A DNA stretch of 64,000 nt, from positions 288,001-352,000 of the forward strand of contig OZ219752.1 in NCBI GenBank assembly GCA_964291315.2. Direction: 5' to 3'. Shown here piece after piece: positions 39,501 through 49,160 of the stretch (position 1 is its first letter; each line of letters begins with the position of its first letter). Source of the stretch: Candidatus Poribacteria bacterium. GTDB taxonomy: Bacteria; Poribacteria; WGA-4E; WGA-3G. The notes beneath the pieces were generated by a model. The model ran no database searches. It was not told the origin of the DNA and saw only the letters and a list, made by a program, of their open reading frames with translations. A program made the position numbers and the translations under genes.

Positions 39501-40019
39501 ATGGCAGCTGAACTTGCATACAAAATCGCTAAATGTTGTGCCCCGCAAGAGGGGGACGCGATCACTGGCTATTTCAAAGAGGATGGAACAATTACTGTCC
39601 ATGGCACCGGGTGCAACGCAATTCAAAGTTTACGGACAGAACGACTGCTGAGAGTCACATGGAATGAGATCCGGACCACGCAAGCACTATCGAACGAGGT
39701 TTCTGTCCCGCCCGAATTCGCAGAACTTGATGAAACCGACTATTTCATACTCAAGCATCACCAAGAATTTGGGATCGACTACTCTATTGTTGTTGCAGAA
39801 GCTTTAAGAGTTCCGCTTGAAGAGATGCAACAGCGACATCGAAAATTAAGGGAACTTGGCGGGCTAAAACGGGTGCAAGGACGTATAATTCAATATCGAA
39901 AAAATATCGTCAAAGGTAAATGGATTAAGCACCGAAACCACACCTACTATGAACTTACGCCAGAAGGCGGAACATGGATTGACGTTTTTGAAAATCAGCA
40001 AGCTACTGTTGGAAAATAG
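39501..40019 (+). CDS. Fusion of a RelA/SpoT RIS(ZFD)-like domain and a DUF2250-like winged helix
   Basis: IAKCCAPQEGDAITGY...ITVHGTGC, then ILKH..GIDY and KHRNHTYYELTPEG. Confidence 0.65.
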   Translation: MAAELAYKIAKCCAPQEGDAITGYFKEDGTITVHGTGCNAIQSLRTERLLRVTWNEIRTTQALSNEVSVPPEFAELDETDYFILKHHQEFGIDYSIVVAEALRVPLEEMQQRHRKLRELGGLKRVQGRIIQYRKNIVKGKWIKHRNHTYYELTPEGGTWIDVFENQQATVGK

Positions 40020-40157
40020 ATATATCAAATCTCGGTATCTACCAAGTCGCGTAAGCTGTGAGTTTTGAAATTTGGAACTGCCCCTATAAAATACTAGAAC
40101 CGTTGATTGCCGAGACGTACCCGTTGAAGGACTAAAACATACTAAGAGGGTTTTATC

Positions 40158-41363
40158 ATGTTAAATCAACTCCTGAATTGGCGTTTTGATGCCGAGCGGC
40201 GTAGGAATAGGATACATAATCTTATCTTATTGTCTCTTATTGCACACATTATTGTTGCCATCGTCTACAATTCTGTGTCCATCGATCAGTTTAATGAAGG
40301 GCCGGACGATGTTTTTGTTGTTGATCTACTTAACGACAAAGAGGCGCCCAAGAAGCGGAGTCCAAAACCGAAACCGCCGCTCACAAAAAAATTATATGAT
40401 CCTAACGAGGATCTTGCAAGAGCGGCAGAGAAGCGGCGGATTGAATCTACGCGGAACAAGATAGATGAAGTCATAACCCCTAGTCCACGCGTTGTGCTTG
40501 AGGACGTTGAAGCCATCAAAGCACCGGTCAGTGAATTCATTCCAGATGTTATGACCGATGCCCAATTACGCGATGCAGAGGCCTCAGACCTCACACGACT
40601 CTTCTCAAACCCCGGACGTACGGATGGGCGCGGGGTCGTTACCGGCAGGGTCCGGGCGCGCGGGGATGGCGGGATGGGTAGATTCCGCGGCAGTGGTCAA
40701 GGCGGCGGAAATGGACTCCAAGGCGGTGGCGGCAAAGACGGTACTGCTGATCGACTCGGTATCATCGATTTCCTCGATGAACTCAATGGCCCCAAGGAGG
40801 TAGTCTATTGCCTTGATGTCACCGCAAGCATGCAGGCAGCTGGAATGAAAAAATTGCCGCTTGCAATAAACTCGCTCAAGGACTCTGTCCTGATGCTGGG
40901 AAATGATGACAAGCTGAATATTGTAGCGTTTTCTGACACAGCGGAAGTTATGAGTGAGGAGATGCTGCCAGCGAACGCTACAAACGTAGATCGCGTCTTC
41001 AAATATCTTAATAGATTCACACCAGAGAGTATTCAGGGCAATGATAAGACGAACATTCTCACCGCTATTGAAACCGCCTTAGCATTTAACCCCACTGTTG
41101 TCGTTTTGATAACAGACGGTTTACCGCGAGCAAATATGAGCCCGATATACATTGAAACGGACACACAGAAGATCCTTGATATTGTCAGGGAACGAAATCA
41201 CAACAATGCAGCTATCTATGTGGTTGGCTTTGAAATTGATTTAAAACGCTCGCCCGGGGCAGAGCTACTTGTCTCGCTCGCTGCGGAGCACAACGGGAAA
41301 ATAAAACCAATAGGGGGCGAGCTGTTGTTCGAGTATGCAAAACAGGAAGGGTTGAATGATTAA
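40158..41363 (+). CDS. Membrane-anchored vWA-domain protein
   Basis: N-terminal TM (SLIAHII), Pro/Lys and Gly-rich linkers, MIDAS-like LDVTASM and LITDG. Confidence 0.85.
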   Translation: MLNQLLNWRFDAERRRNRIHNLILLSLIAHIIVAIVYNSVSIDQFNEGPDDVFVVDLLNDKEAPKKRSPKPKPPLTKKLYDPNEDLARAAEKRRIESTRNKIDEVITPSPRVVLEDVEAIKAPVSEFIPDVMTDAQLRDAEASDLTRLFSNPGRTDGRGVVTGRVRARGDGGMGRFRGSGQGGGNGLQGGGGKDGTADRLGIIDFLDELNGPKEVVYCLDVTASMQAAGMKKLPLAINSLKDSVLMLGNDDKLNIVAFSDTAEVMSEEMLPANATNVDRVFKYLNRFTPESIQGNDKTNILTAIETALAFNPTVVVLITDGLPRANMSPIYIETDTQKILDIVRERNHNNAAIYVVGFEIDLKRSPGAELLVSLAAEHNGKIKPIGGELLFEYAKQEGLND

Positions 41364-41382
41364 CGAAACACACGGAGTAGAT

Positions 41383-42189
41383 ATGAATCAGAAATCTGCT
41401 GTGACTATCGTCCACCAGTTTCGACTTGATGGCAAGGTCAGCCTTGTTACCGGGGCCAGCCGTGGCATCGGACTTGCTATGGCAGAGGGGCTCGCGGGTG
41501 CAGGCTCCGAGCTCGCCATCGTTGGGAGGAAACTTGAGACGTTGACGCCGATCGCTGAACAAATCGCATCGGAAACTGGTAGAACTGTTTTGCCTCTTCA
41601 GGCGGATGTCGGAAACCTTGCTGAAATTAATGCCCTCGTCGCACAGGTGCTTGATACCTTCGGCAGAATCGATGTACTCGTTAACAACGCAGGGGTGAAT
41701 AGGCGGAGTCCTGCCTTGGAATTCAGTGAAATAGATTGGGATTTCGTCACAAATGTTAATCTCAAAGGGGCATTTTTTCTTGCAAAAGCTTGTGGCAAGG
41801 TCATGAAAGAACAGAGGGCTGGGAAAATCATTAACACCTTGTCGCTTACCTCAGCGATCGGGTTGCCTACAAGCGTTGCCTATACGGCAGCTAAGGGCGG
41901 ACTCCTGCAGCTCACAAAACTTCTTGCCGTAGAATGGGCGGAACACAACATACAAGTCAACGGCATCGCCCCCGGTTTCATCAGAACAGAAATGACTGCT
42001 CCTGCCCGTGAAGACAACCGAAATGAATGGATACTCAACCGAACCCCTGCGTATCGCTGGGGTGAACCTGAAGATTTGGCGGGGTTGACTATCTTCTTTG
42101 CATCCAACGTCTCTGATTTTGTTACAGGCCAAATGGTTTTTGTTGACGGTGGATTCATGGCGGGGAGCGATTGGAGGCGGCGTTCCTAA
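41383..42189 (+). CDS. SDR oxidoreductase (gluconate 5-dehydrogenase/KduD-like)
   Basis: TGASRGIG, NNAG, YTAAK and NGIAPG. Confidence 0.9.
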   Translation: MNQKSAVTIVHQFRLDGKVSLVTGASRGIGLAMAEGLAGAGSELAIVGRKLETLTPIAEQIASETGRTVLPLQADVGNLAEINALVAQVLDTFGRIDVLVNNAGVNRRSPALEFSEIDWDFVTNVNLKGAFFLAKACGKVMKEQRAGKIINTLSLTSAIGLPTSVAYTAAKGGLLQLTKLLAVEWAEHNIQVNGIAPGFIRTEMTAPAREDNRNEWILNRTPAYRWGEPEDLAGLTIFFASNVSDFVTGQMVFVDGGFMAGSDWRRRS

Positions 42190-42190
42190 C

Positions 42191-42427
42191 ATGGAAAAAG
42201 AACACGCTCTGCGACCCAGCAATAGCCAGAACGCAGTAAAAAAGATCAAACAGATTCTGAAAGAATGTCAAATTGAAAATGCGGACATCTTTGATCATGC
42301 CCCAGTTTTGCGCATCCAGGTACCGGAAGAAGTGTTTGCACACGCACTTCAAGTCCGAGAACGCTTACTTGAGCGAATAAAACCACTCGGATACCGATTC
42401 GTTGCCCTTGATTTGGATGAATTGTAA
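42191..42427 (+). CDS. Small protein resembling the LarE C-terminal domain
   Basis: VLRIQVP...IKPLGYRFVALDL; ATG immediately after the SDR stop. Confidence 0.55.
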   Translation: MEKEHALRPSNSQNAVKKIKQILKECQIENADIFDHAPVLRIQVPEEVFAHALQVRERLLERIKPLGYRFVALDLDEL

Positions 42428-42487
42428 AATTTGGGAAAAGAGGGAGCCATCACGAAAAATAGAGTGTTAGCAATTAAGGAATACTAC

Positions 42488-43444
42488 TTAGGTAAGATTC
42501 CTCATAATGATATTCCTCCTAATTCTTTCTTGAGCGCAAATCGCCATTTCTGTCTCAATCTCATATCCGATAAACGATCTGCCCTCAACCTTGGCAGCTA
42601 CCCCTGTTGAACCAGAGCCCGCGAAAGAATCAAGCACGAGTGCCCCCGGTGCAGAGAAAATTCGAATAAGATGTCGAAGTAGATCAACAGGTTTTGCTGT
42701 CATGTGTCCATACCGTTCTCGTGGTTTTTTCGCTGGAATGACAGTCCCAGGAAATTGAGTAGGGCTGATGAATGGGTTTTTCACATCAATCAATCCTGTT
42801 TCCCATTTATCCCAATTATCCACAAAAGTGCCTTCTCTAGGGGCCTGTCCAAGGATTACCATTTCCCCTTGAGGCTTCAATTGGGGTGTTTTTCGTCCGC
42901 CCAATTTCTCTATAAGTCTCTCTTTTTCTTCTTCTGTTAATTTCCGCTTGCGTATGAAATGATCCTGAGTGAAAGCTTTCGCTTGTCCTTCATATCGCCA
43001 TAGCAAAACGTCTCGTATTTCAAACCCTGCATCTTCTAATGCTATAGCGGCTCTGTGCGCTAAGCGATTCTGGCTGAAAACGAGGCAAAACCCGCCTGGG
43101 CGAATGACTCGCATCCATTCCTGTGCAATAGGTGCGAGAAAATTTTGCAACTTTCGTCCCTGGTCAACGGAGAACTTCATACCCGCTGGTAGCGAACCGA
43201 CAACACCATCTTTGACGCGGGCAGTCAATTTCTTTGTGTTCCAATCTGCATCCATGCCGTCAATAAAATAGGGAGGATCTGTTAGCACAAGGGAGACGGT
43301 ATTCTCACCGATTTGCTTCATACCTATTCGGCAATCCGCATTTTCTACTTTTGCCTTCAAGTTTTCGGTCCCTAATGTATTGTGTAAGTTTGACGGGTCC
43401 ATAGCGGGTAGGTGCACCTCGTTAATAATAGTGTGATTTTTCAA
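42488..43444 (-). CDS. Orphan beta-class DNA methyltransferase (probably N6-adenine)
   Basis: TDPPY, HMTAKP and DSFAGSGST; no adjacent nuclease. Confidence 0.9.
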   Translation of the reverse strand: MKNHTIINEVHLPAMDPSNLHNTLGTENLKAKVENADCRIGMKQIGENTVSLVLTDPPYFIDGMDADWNTKKLTARVKDGVVGSLPAGMKFSVDQGRKLQNFLAPIAQEWMRVIRPGGFCLVFSQNRLAHRAAIALEDAGFEIRDVLLWRYEGQAKAFTQDHFIRKRKLTEEEKERLIEKLGGRKTPQLKPQGEMVILGQAPREGTFVDNWDKWETGLIDVKNPFISPTQFPGTVIPAKKPRERYGHMTAKPVDLLRHLIRIFSAPGALVLDSFAGSGSTGVAAKVEGRSFIGYEIETEMAICAQERIRRNIIMRNLT

Positions 43445-43575
43445 AATTTGATTTTGTAATTGAGAGTCAGTATTTTATATAATGAGCGATGTGGGTTGCC
43501 TCTCTTGCAAAACTGCCTAAGGAGTCTATCACTGTTAAAAAAGAAGGTCAAATATTTTTTTACTTCAACAAAAAT

Positions 43576-43604
43576 TTGATTTTCTTCCTGCGCTGTGTTA
43601 TAAT
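43576..43604 (+). promoter_or_regulatory. sigma70 promoter of the polyprenyl synthase
   Basis: TTGATT-N17-TATAAT with extended TG. Confidence 0.7.
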
Positions 43605-43704
43605 TTTAAAGCAAAACTTGTGAGGTTTGAAGGTGCTAAGGCACTTGATAGAGACCACGGGGGCTGCGTGAAACAGATAAACGGCATGAAATATAAGGAA
43701 ACCG

Positions 43705-44763
43705 ATGCAGAAAACTGGACAGGATCCCTCACTAGCACAGCTCACCTCTTACCTCAGTGATGTCAAACGCAGGATTGATGCCTGCATCTTCGATTTTCTC
43801 CCAACTGCCCACGAGCATCCGGATGTACATCAATTGTACCAGATGATGTTAGACTACCCCCGGCGCGCTGCTAAAGGGTTAAGACCTGCCCTCTGTATGC
43901 TGATTTGTCAAGCATTCGGTGGGGATCCAAAGCATGCTGTAAATACTGCAGCCTCGCTCGAACTCCTCCAGAATTGGCTCTTGATTCATGATGACATTGA
44001 AGACAGTTCTGAACTTCGTAGAGGGGAGCCCTGCCTCCATCAAAAGCATGGAATTCCGATGGCTATCAACGTGGGGGACGCACTACACTGCAAAATGTGG
44101 GAAATGCTACACCGAAACACAGATATTCTTGGACACGAACTCGCCTTCCGAATTTTATCAGAGTTTATACAGCTCAGCAACCAAGTTGTTGAGGGGCAGC
44201 ATATTGAACTAAGTTGGGTCAACGATAACCGTTGGGAGCTCGATGAAGAAGATTACCTGACAATGTGCGTACAGAAAACTGCTTGGTATACCTGTATTAC
44301 CCCTTGTCGGGTTGGTGCAATTATTGGTGGGGCAAACGTAACAGAGATAGATCAGTTCATTGAACTCGGCAAAGATATCGGAGTAGCCTTCCAGATTCAG
44401 GACGATGTGCTTAACCTCATCGGCGATGTCGGTAGATATGGTAAAGAAATTGCGGGCGACATTAGTGAGGGCAAACGGACTCTCGTTCTCATTCATCTCA
44501 TCAATAACTGTACCGCTGCGGAGGCACAGCAGGTTATTGATATTATGGCGCGCCCGCGCGGTGAAAAGACTGAGGTAGAAGTCAAGAATGTTCTCCAGAT
44601 GATGCAAAAATATAAATCTATTACTTACGCCCAAGAACGTTCTAAAGCTCTTCTACAAGCGGCTGCAGGGCGATTTAATCGTAACTTTGCGCATCTCCCT
44701 GATGACCATGCCAAACAATTGTTTTTATCTTTAATTCGTTTTTTCGTTGAGCGTGAATACTAA
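43705..44763 (+). CDS. Trans-isoprenyl diphosphate synthase (short chain, GGPP-synthase-like)
   Basis: KGLRP, WLLIHDDIED..RRG, FQIQDDVL and DISEGKRT; aromatic residue at -5 of the first DDxxD suggests a short product. Confidence 0.9.
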   Translation: MQKTGQDPSLAQLTSYLSDVKRRIDACIFDFLPTAHEHPDVHQLYQMMLDYPRRAAKGLRPALCMLICQAFGGDPKHAVNTAASLELLQNWLLIHDDIEDSSELRRGEPCLHQKHGIPMAINVGDALHCKMWEMLHRNTDILGHELAFRILSEFIQLSNQVVEGQHIELSWVNDNRWELDEEDYLTMCVQKTAWYTCITPCRVGAIIGGANVTEIDQFIELGKDIGVAFQIQDDVLNLIGDVGRYGKEIAGDISEGKRTLVLIHLINNCTAAEAQQVIDIMARPRGEKTEVEVKNVLQMMQKYKSITYAQERSKALLQAAAGRFNRNFAHLPDDHAKQLFLSLIRFFVEREY

Positions 44764-44897
44764 ATAGGTATCGGTATTTCTAGCAGCAGGCTATGGATAA
44801 AAACAAGTAGTATGCGGCAAGCAAACTATAGCGATGTCCACACACGCTGCGAACAGCTGATAGCTAGACACTACAACTATTGAAAAAGGAGAGATTA

Positions 44898-45962
44898 ATG
44901 AACGATATTTCTTCTGGAAAATTTCGGGGCATCACAAAACTTGCAGATGCGAACGGCCGTTTTAAAATGATGGCAATTGACCAGCGGGGTTCCATGGTTC
45001 AAGCCCTTGCAGATACACTCAACAAGGACAAAATTGATGTCCAATATGAAGAAGTCGCAGCAATCAAAACTTTGATAACGCGCGTCCTTGCCTCCAATGC
45101 AACCGCAGTTCTTACTGATCCGATCTACGGGCATCCGTATTCCATCATGGAAATTCCGCGTGATGTTGCGCTTCTACTCGCTTATGAAGCGTCTGGCTAT
45201 GTTAACGAAGGGGTCGCCGAGAACGAACGCCTCTCCAATCCGATTGAAAACTGGAGTATTGCAAAGGCCCGGCGTGCTGGAGCGGATGCGATTAAGCTCC
45301 TCGCCTATTACCATCCGGATGCCTCCTCAGAAACGGTGAAGCATCAGCAAGCTTTTGTTCGTCATGTCGGCGATGAATGTCAGAAGCATGATCTGCCATT
45401 CCTGTTGGAATTAGTAAGTTACGCTCTTGAAGGCACGACTAAGAGCGTTGCATTTGCAAAACAGAAACCGGACCTTGTTATCCGCAGCGTTGAAGAATTC
45501 ACGGATCCGAGTTACAAAGTTGACATTTTGAAGTTGGAATTCCCAGCAGACTTGAAATATACCGCGGATTACCAGAATTCTGATTTTTATGCCGGGGAGT
45601 CGGCTTATGAAATTGCTGAGGTAAGGGAAATCTGCCAGAAATTAGATGAAGCTTCAACGCTGCCTTGGGTAATTCTGAGCGCCGGTGTTGATATTGCAGA
45701 ATTCATTGAAAACGTGCGCCTTGCAACTGAGGCGGGTGCTAGTGGATTCCTCTGTGGGCGAGCTATCTGGAAAGATGCACTCCAATATTATCCGGACACA
45801 AATGCTGTCAAGCTATTTCTTGAGAATGAGGCAACAACAAATTTCAAAAACGCGAATGCAGTAGCAGAAAATGCACTGCCCTGGGTTGAGCATCGTCAAT
45901 TCGGCGGCGCACAAAACGTTCGTATTGCCAAACAGTCGGAAACATGGTATCAGGACTATTAA
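44898..45962 (+). CDS. lacD: Tagatose-1,6-bisphosphate aldolase (LacD-type class I)
   Basis: MAIDQRGS, DAIKLL, DILKLEFP, ILSAGVD and SGFLCGRAIW. Confidence 0.85.
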   Translation: MNDISSGKFRGITKLADANGRFKMMAIDQRGSMVQALADTLNKDKIDVQYEEVAAIKTLITRVLASNATAVLTDPIYGHPYSIMEIPRDVALLLAYEASGYVNEGVAENERLSNPIENWSIAKARRAGADAIKLLAYYHPDASSETVKHQQAFVRHVGDECQKHDLPFLLELVSYALEGTTKSVAFAKQKPDLVIRSVEEFTDPSYKVDILKLEFPADLKYTADYQNSDFYAGESAYEIAEVREICQKLDEASTLPWVILSAGVDIAEFIENVRLATEAGASGFLCGRAIWKDALQYYPDTNAVKLFLENEATTNFKNANAVAENALPWVEHRQFGGAQNVRIAKQSETWYQDY

Positions 45963-46197
45963 ATTCTGTATGGGTTCAATTGACGCAAAGTGCTAGGCAG
46001 TTTGAACAACGGTTTGAACGGGATTTAATTAGCAATTATTAGGATGCTGATACGCGTATTCCATGCTGGGTAAATCTAAAAAATTGTGCAATCTAGAGGG
46101 TGTGTTCGCCGAGACCTTCCCTCTTATTTTGGCAGCTAATATAAAACAGTTTCTTGGACAAATAGGAAATTCGTCCCCGGCCGCTATCCGGTATTGC

Positions 46198-46389
46198 CTA
46201 GCCCGTGCGTATTATTCGTTGATGGTTGATAGATGGAATTGTGCCCCGGGGTTTCGCAAAGTCTGCGTCGAGAGCTGGAATCTACCTTCAGTAGCCGCTG
46301 CATACGCCTCGGCTGTCGAGGCGAAGAACCGATGATTAGTCACAACCGTCTCCGCAGCTGTCTAGTTTAACCACCATCGATCACGCTAG
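46198..46389 (+). ncRNA. Candidate structured ncRNA (~190 nt), identity unknown
   Basis: Nested pairings CTAGC/GCTAG, GATGGT/ACCATC, TAGATGG/CTGTCTA, CTGCG/CGCAG, GAGA/TCTC and CGCCTCG/CGAGGCG inside a 770-bp intergenic gap. Confidence 0.4.
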
Positions 46390-46734
46390 CCGAATTGTGC
46401 ACAATGCCAATGCAGAGTTGCGGGAGAATAAATTTTTTGTGAGGATACGTAGCGTGCTGCCACATCCGTGAGGTTATCTGTTGTGAGTTGAATTTTTCCA
46501 ACGTGAGTTTCATATAGTGTGTAATATCATCTCAGGCACGGAATCTCGAATTAAAAGAAGAACATATTCCTACCAACTTATCGGCTCTCTAAAAAAACAA
46601 AGGTTTTTTAGCCACAAATCAACTAATGGAAAAATTAGATAGACATTTTTAAGGTTTCGATTCTCAGCTAACGGTATCGAAATTGTTGAAAACGTTTTAC
46701 CGTCACAAGCGAGGTCTAACAGCCGATAAGCGAT

Positions 46735-47937
46735 ATGCGAACATTATCACGATATCTCCTCAAAGAGTTTTTTCCACCTTTCATAATAGCGCTGACTTGT
46801 TTCACTATTATGCTTATCTTCAATGATCTGTTTCGGTTGACGAAACTTTTTGTTCAAAAAGGGGTGAGTCCGTTCTATCTTGCTGAGTTAATCTTTTATA
46901 TGATGCCGGTGATGATGGTGTTAGCACTCCCAATGGCAGGCTTGGTGGCAATTTTACTCGCCCTCGGGCGGCTTTCTGTTGATAATGAGATAACCGCAAT
47001 GAAGGCTCACGGTGTAGCATTCTACCAACTTATGCTGCCGTTTTTGGCCATATCGCTGATATTAAGTCTCGTTAATTTGATGCTCATGGACTATGCCTTG
47101 CCGCGAGCTAACCTCGCCTATGCTTCCCTCAGGCGTGATATCCAAAGGCACAACCCTGCCTTTGTTTTAGAGGAAGCCACTGTTATGAAAGAATTGCAAA
47201 CTGAGGGTAAACTCTGGATGTACGAGTCTACCGATGCAGAAAGTGGTCGCCTGCAGAACGTCAAAATCTGGGATAGCATTTGGAGTGGGCATCCAAGATT
47301 CAGTCAGGCGGCAGAGGCGACCCTCGCCTTTGAAGACGGCAGAGCAACCCTCACGCTTTACAATGGTTTCACCTACGAACCCACACCGGAGAATTCTGAT
47401 GAGTTTCGTGTAACAAAGTTTCAACAACAAAAACTGACGCTTCAGGTGATGGAAGACCTCAAGCGTGGTGAATTTCAAAGTCAGACGCCTCGTTCGATGA
47501 GTATTGCTCAACTTAAGACGTTTGTGGGCAGTTTGCGCTCCTCTGTCCAAACCAGCACAAACCGGGACCATATGCAACAGAAGCTCCGATTTGCCGAGGT
47601 GGAGTATCACAAAAAATTCTCTATTCCGTTTGCATGTTTTTCGCTCGGTTTAATCGGTATCCCCTTAGGGATGATGGTGAAGCAAAGCGGTAAAATGATT
47701 GGACTTGGGATCGGATTGGCTGTGATCGTTGTCTACTATTTACTATTACAAGCTGGACAAACCGCAGGGGTAGACGATATCCTCCCGCCAATGTTTGCTA
47801 TGTGGTTACCAAATCTTGTAATTGCAATATTTGGAATTTTGCTCAGCGTCTCGATGATAGGCGAAGGGAAGATATTGGCCTGGCGCGATCCGGACAGAAA
47901 ACTGCCGATTGTTGTTAATAGGACGGCAGGATCTTAA
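46735..47937 (+). CDS. lptF: LPS export permease LptF
   Basis: LSRYLLKE, GRLSVDNEITAMKAHG and EYHKKFSIPF. Confidence 0.9.
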   Translation: MRTLSRYLLKEFFPPFIIALTCFTIMLIFNDLFRLTKLFVQKGVSPFYLAELIFYMMPVMMVLALPMAGLVAILLALGRLSVDNEITAMKAHGVAFYQLMLPFLAISLILSLVNLMLMDYALPRANLAYASLRRDIQRHNPAFVLEEATVMKELQTEGKLWMYESTDAESGRLQNVKIWDSIWSGHPRFSQAAEATLAFEDGRATLTLYNGFTYEPTPENSDEFRVTKFQQQKLTLQVMEDLKRGEFQSQTPRSMSIAQLKTFVGSLRSSVQTSTNRDHMQQKLRFAEVEYHKKFSIPFACFSLGLIGIPLGMMVKQSGKMIGLGIGLAVIVVYYLLLQAGQTAGVDDILPPMFAMWLPNLVIAIFGILLSVSMIGEGKILAWRDPDRKLPIVVNRTAGS

Positions 47938-48076
47938 CTGCACATCAAGTGCCTGAAACACGAAAGAGCACCTATCAGTCCTCATATGATGGTTGGAAGC
48001 GCCGCAATGTCCATAACATTAACATTCTGCTGGCTGCCAACTTGTTGAAGCCCGATACCTATATGGGAAACATCGT

Positions 48077-49138
48077 TTGAATATCTTAGACCGTTATCTG
48101 CTCCGGGAATATCTCCGCGCATTCGCTGTTGGAATCTGTTTCTTTATCGCCTTGGTCGTCATCGTCCGGCTATTGGATTACGACCTCAAGAAATTTGAGG
48201 ATGGCATAGACTATATCACGGCAGTCAAGATCGTGCTTTTTTTAACACCTCGCCGGATTATGGAAATGGTGCCGATTGCTGCGTTTGTTGCAGTTTTTTT
48301 TACCTTGGGCAGGATGGTGAGAAGCAACGAATTCACTGCAATGAAGGCAGGTGGCATAAGTGTTTACCGGATTCTCTTTCCTATTCTTGCAGTAACGGTC
48401 CTTATTTGTGCAGTCTTCGCTCTTTTCTATGATCGAGTTGCTTCACCTGCTTTCCACCAAGCGCATCTTTTGCAAAACAAAGTCCGCCCCCGACAGGGCA
48501 GGAACATTGTCTTCAAAGGGAAAAATAACCGTATCTTTTATTTGCAACGTGTTTCTTTGGATGCACAGAAAATTAGTCACTTGACGATTTATGAATATGA
48601 TCCAGATGTGCGGCTTAAACGTATAACGTTTGCGAAATCGGCAACATGGACGTCGACGCAGTGGGAACTCTCTGATGGATATATCCGACGCTTTGAGGAA
48701 GGAGTTGAGGTTGATTATGAAATTTTTGATGCTTATGCCCTTCGACGTTATGAAGATCCTGCGCGTTTTATCGGAAGCGAAAAGGACCCGCGAGCGATGA
48801 CGATGAAAGAGCTGCGTGAGCAGATCGCCTATAAACAAGAAGCAGGACAGATTTCTCGGAAAGAACGCGTGAAGTTTTATCATAAAACAGCGTACCCATT
48901 TGCTGCTGTCGTTGTTATTATGCTTGGTGCTCCAATTGCCATCCGATTCGGGAGAGCAGGCTTTTTTGCTGGTTTGGTTATCGCCTTCTTCATCTCTTTC
49001 ATCTACTGGGCGCTCTCCTTTGCGACGCTGGAAGGGTTGAGTGAAAGCGGCAAACTCCATCCATTTCTTGCCTGCTGGGGGGCGAATATCCTCTACGCTG
49101 TGATGGGCGGTGTTCTCCTCTGGCAGACCCCAAAATAG
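48077..49138 (+). CDS. lptG: LPS export permease LptG
   Basis: ILDRYLLRE and NEFTAMKAGGIS; paired with lptF. Confidence 0.9.
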   Translation: MNILDRYLLREYLRAFAVGICFFIALVVIVRLLDYDLKKFEDGIDYITAVKIVLFLTPRRIMEMVPIAAFVAVFFTLGRMVRSNEFTAMKAGGISVYRILFPILAVTVLICAVFALFYDRVASPAFHQAHLLQNKVRPRQGRNIVFKGKNNRIFYLQRVSLDAQKISHLTIYEYDPDVRLKRITFAKSATWTSTQWELSDGYIRRFEEGVEVDYEIFDAYALRRYEDPARFIGSEKDPRAMTMKELREQIAYKQEAGQISRKERVKFYHKTAYPFAAVVVIMLGAPIAIRFGRAGFFAGLVIAFFISFIYWALSFATLEGLSESGKLHPFLACWGANILYAVMGGVLLWQTPK

Positions 49139-49160
49139 AATCAAATTGACCTATGATCCG

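Noticed and set aside
46063-46335. 90-aa ORF in the lacD-lptF gap
   Set aside because: No RBS or recognisable motif, and it overlaps the structured RNA candidate.
48443-49144. 233-aa antisense ORF over lptG; likewise 54369-55115 over the methyltransferase
   Set aside because: Both lie almost entirely opposite well-supported genes and have no protein-like features.
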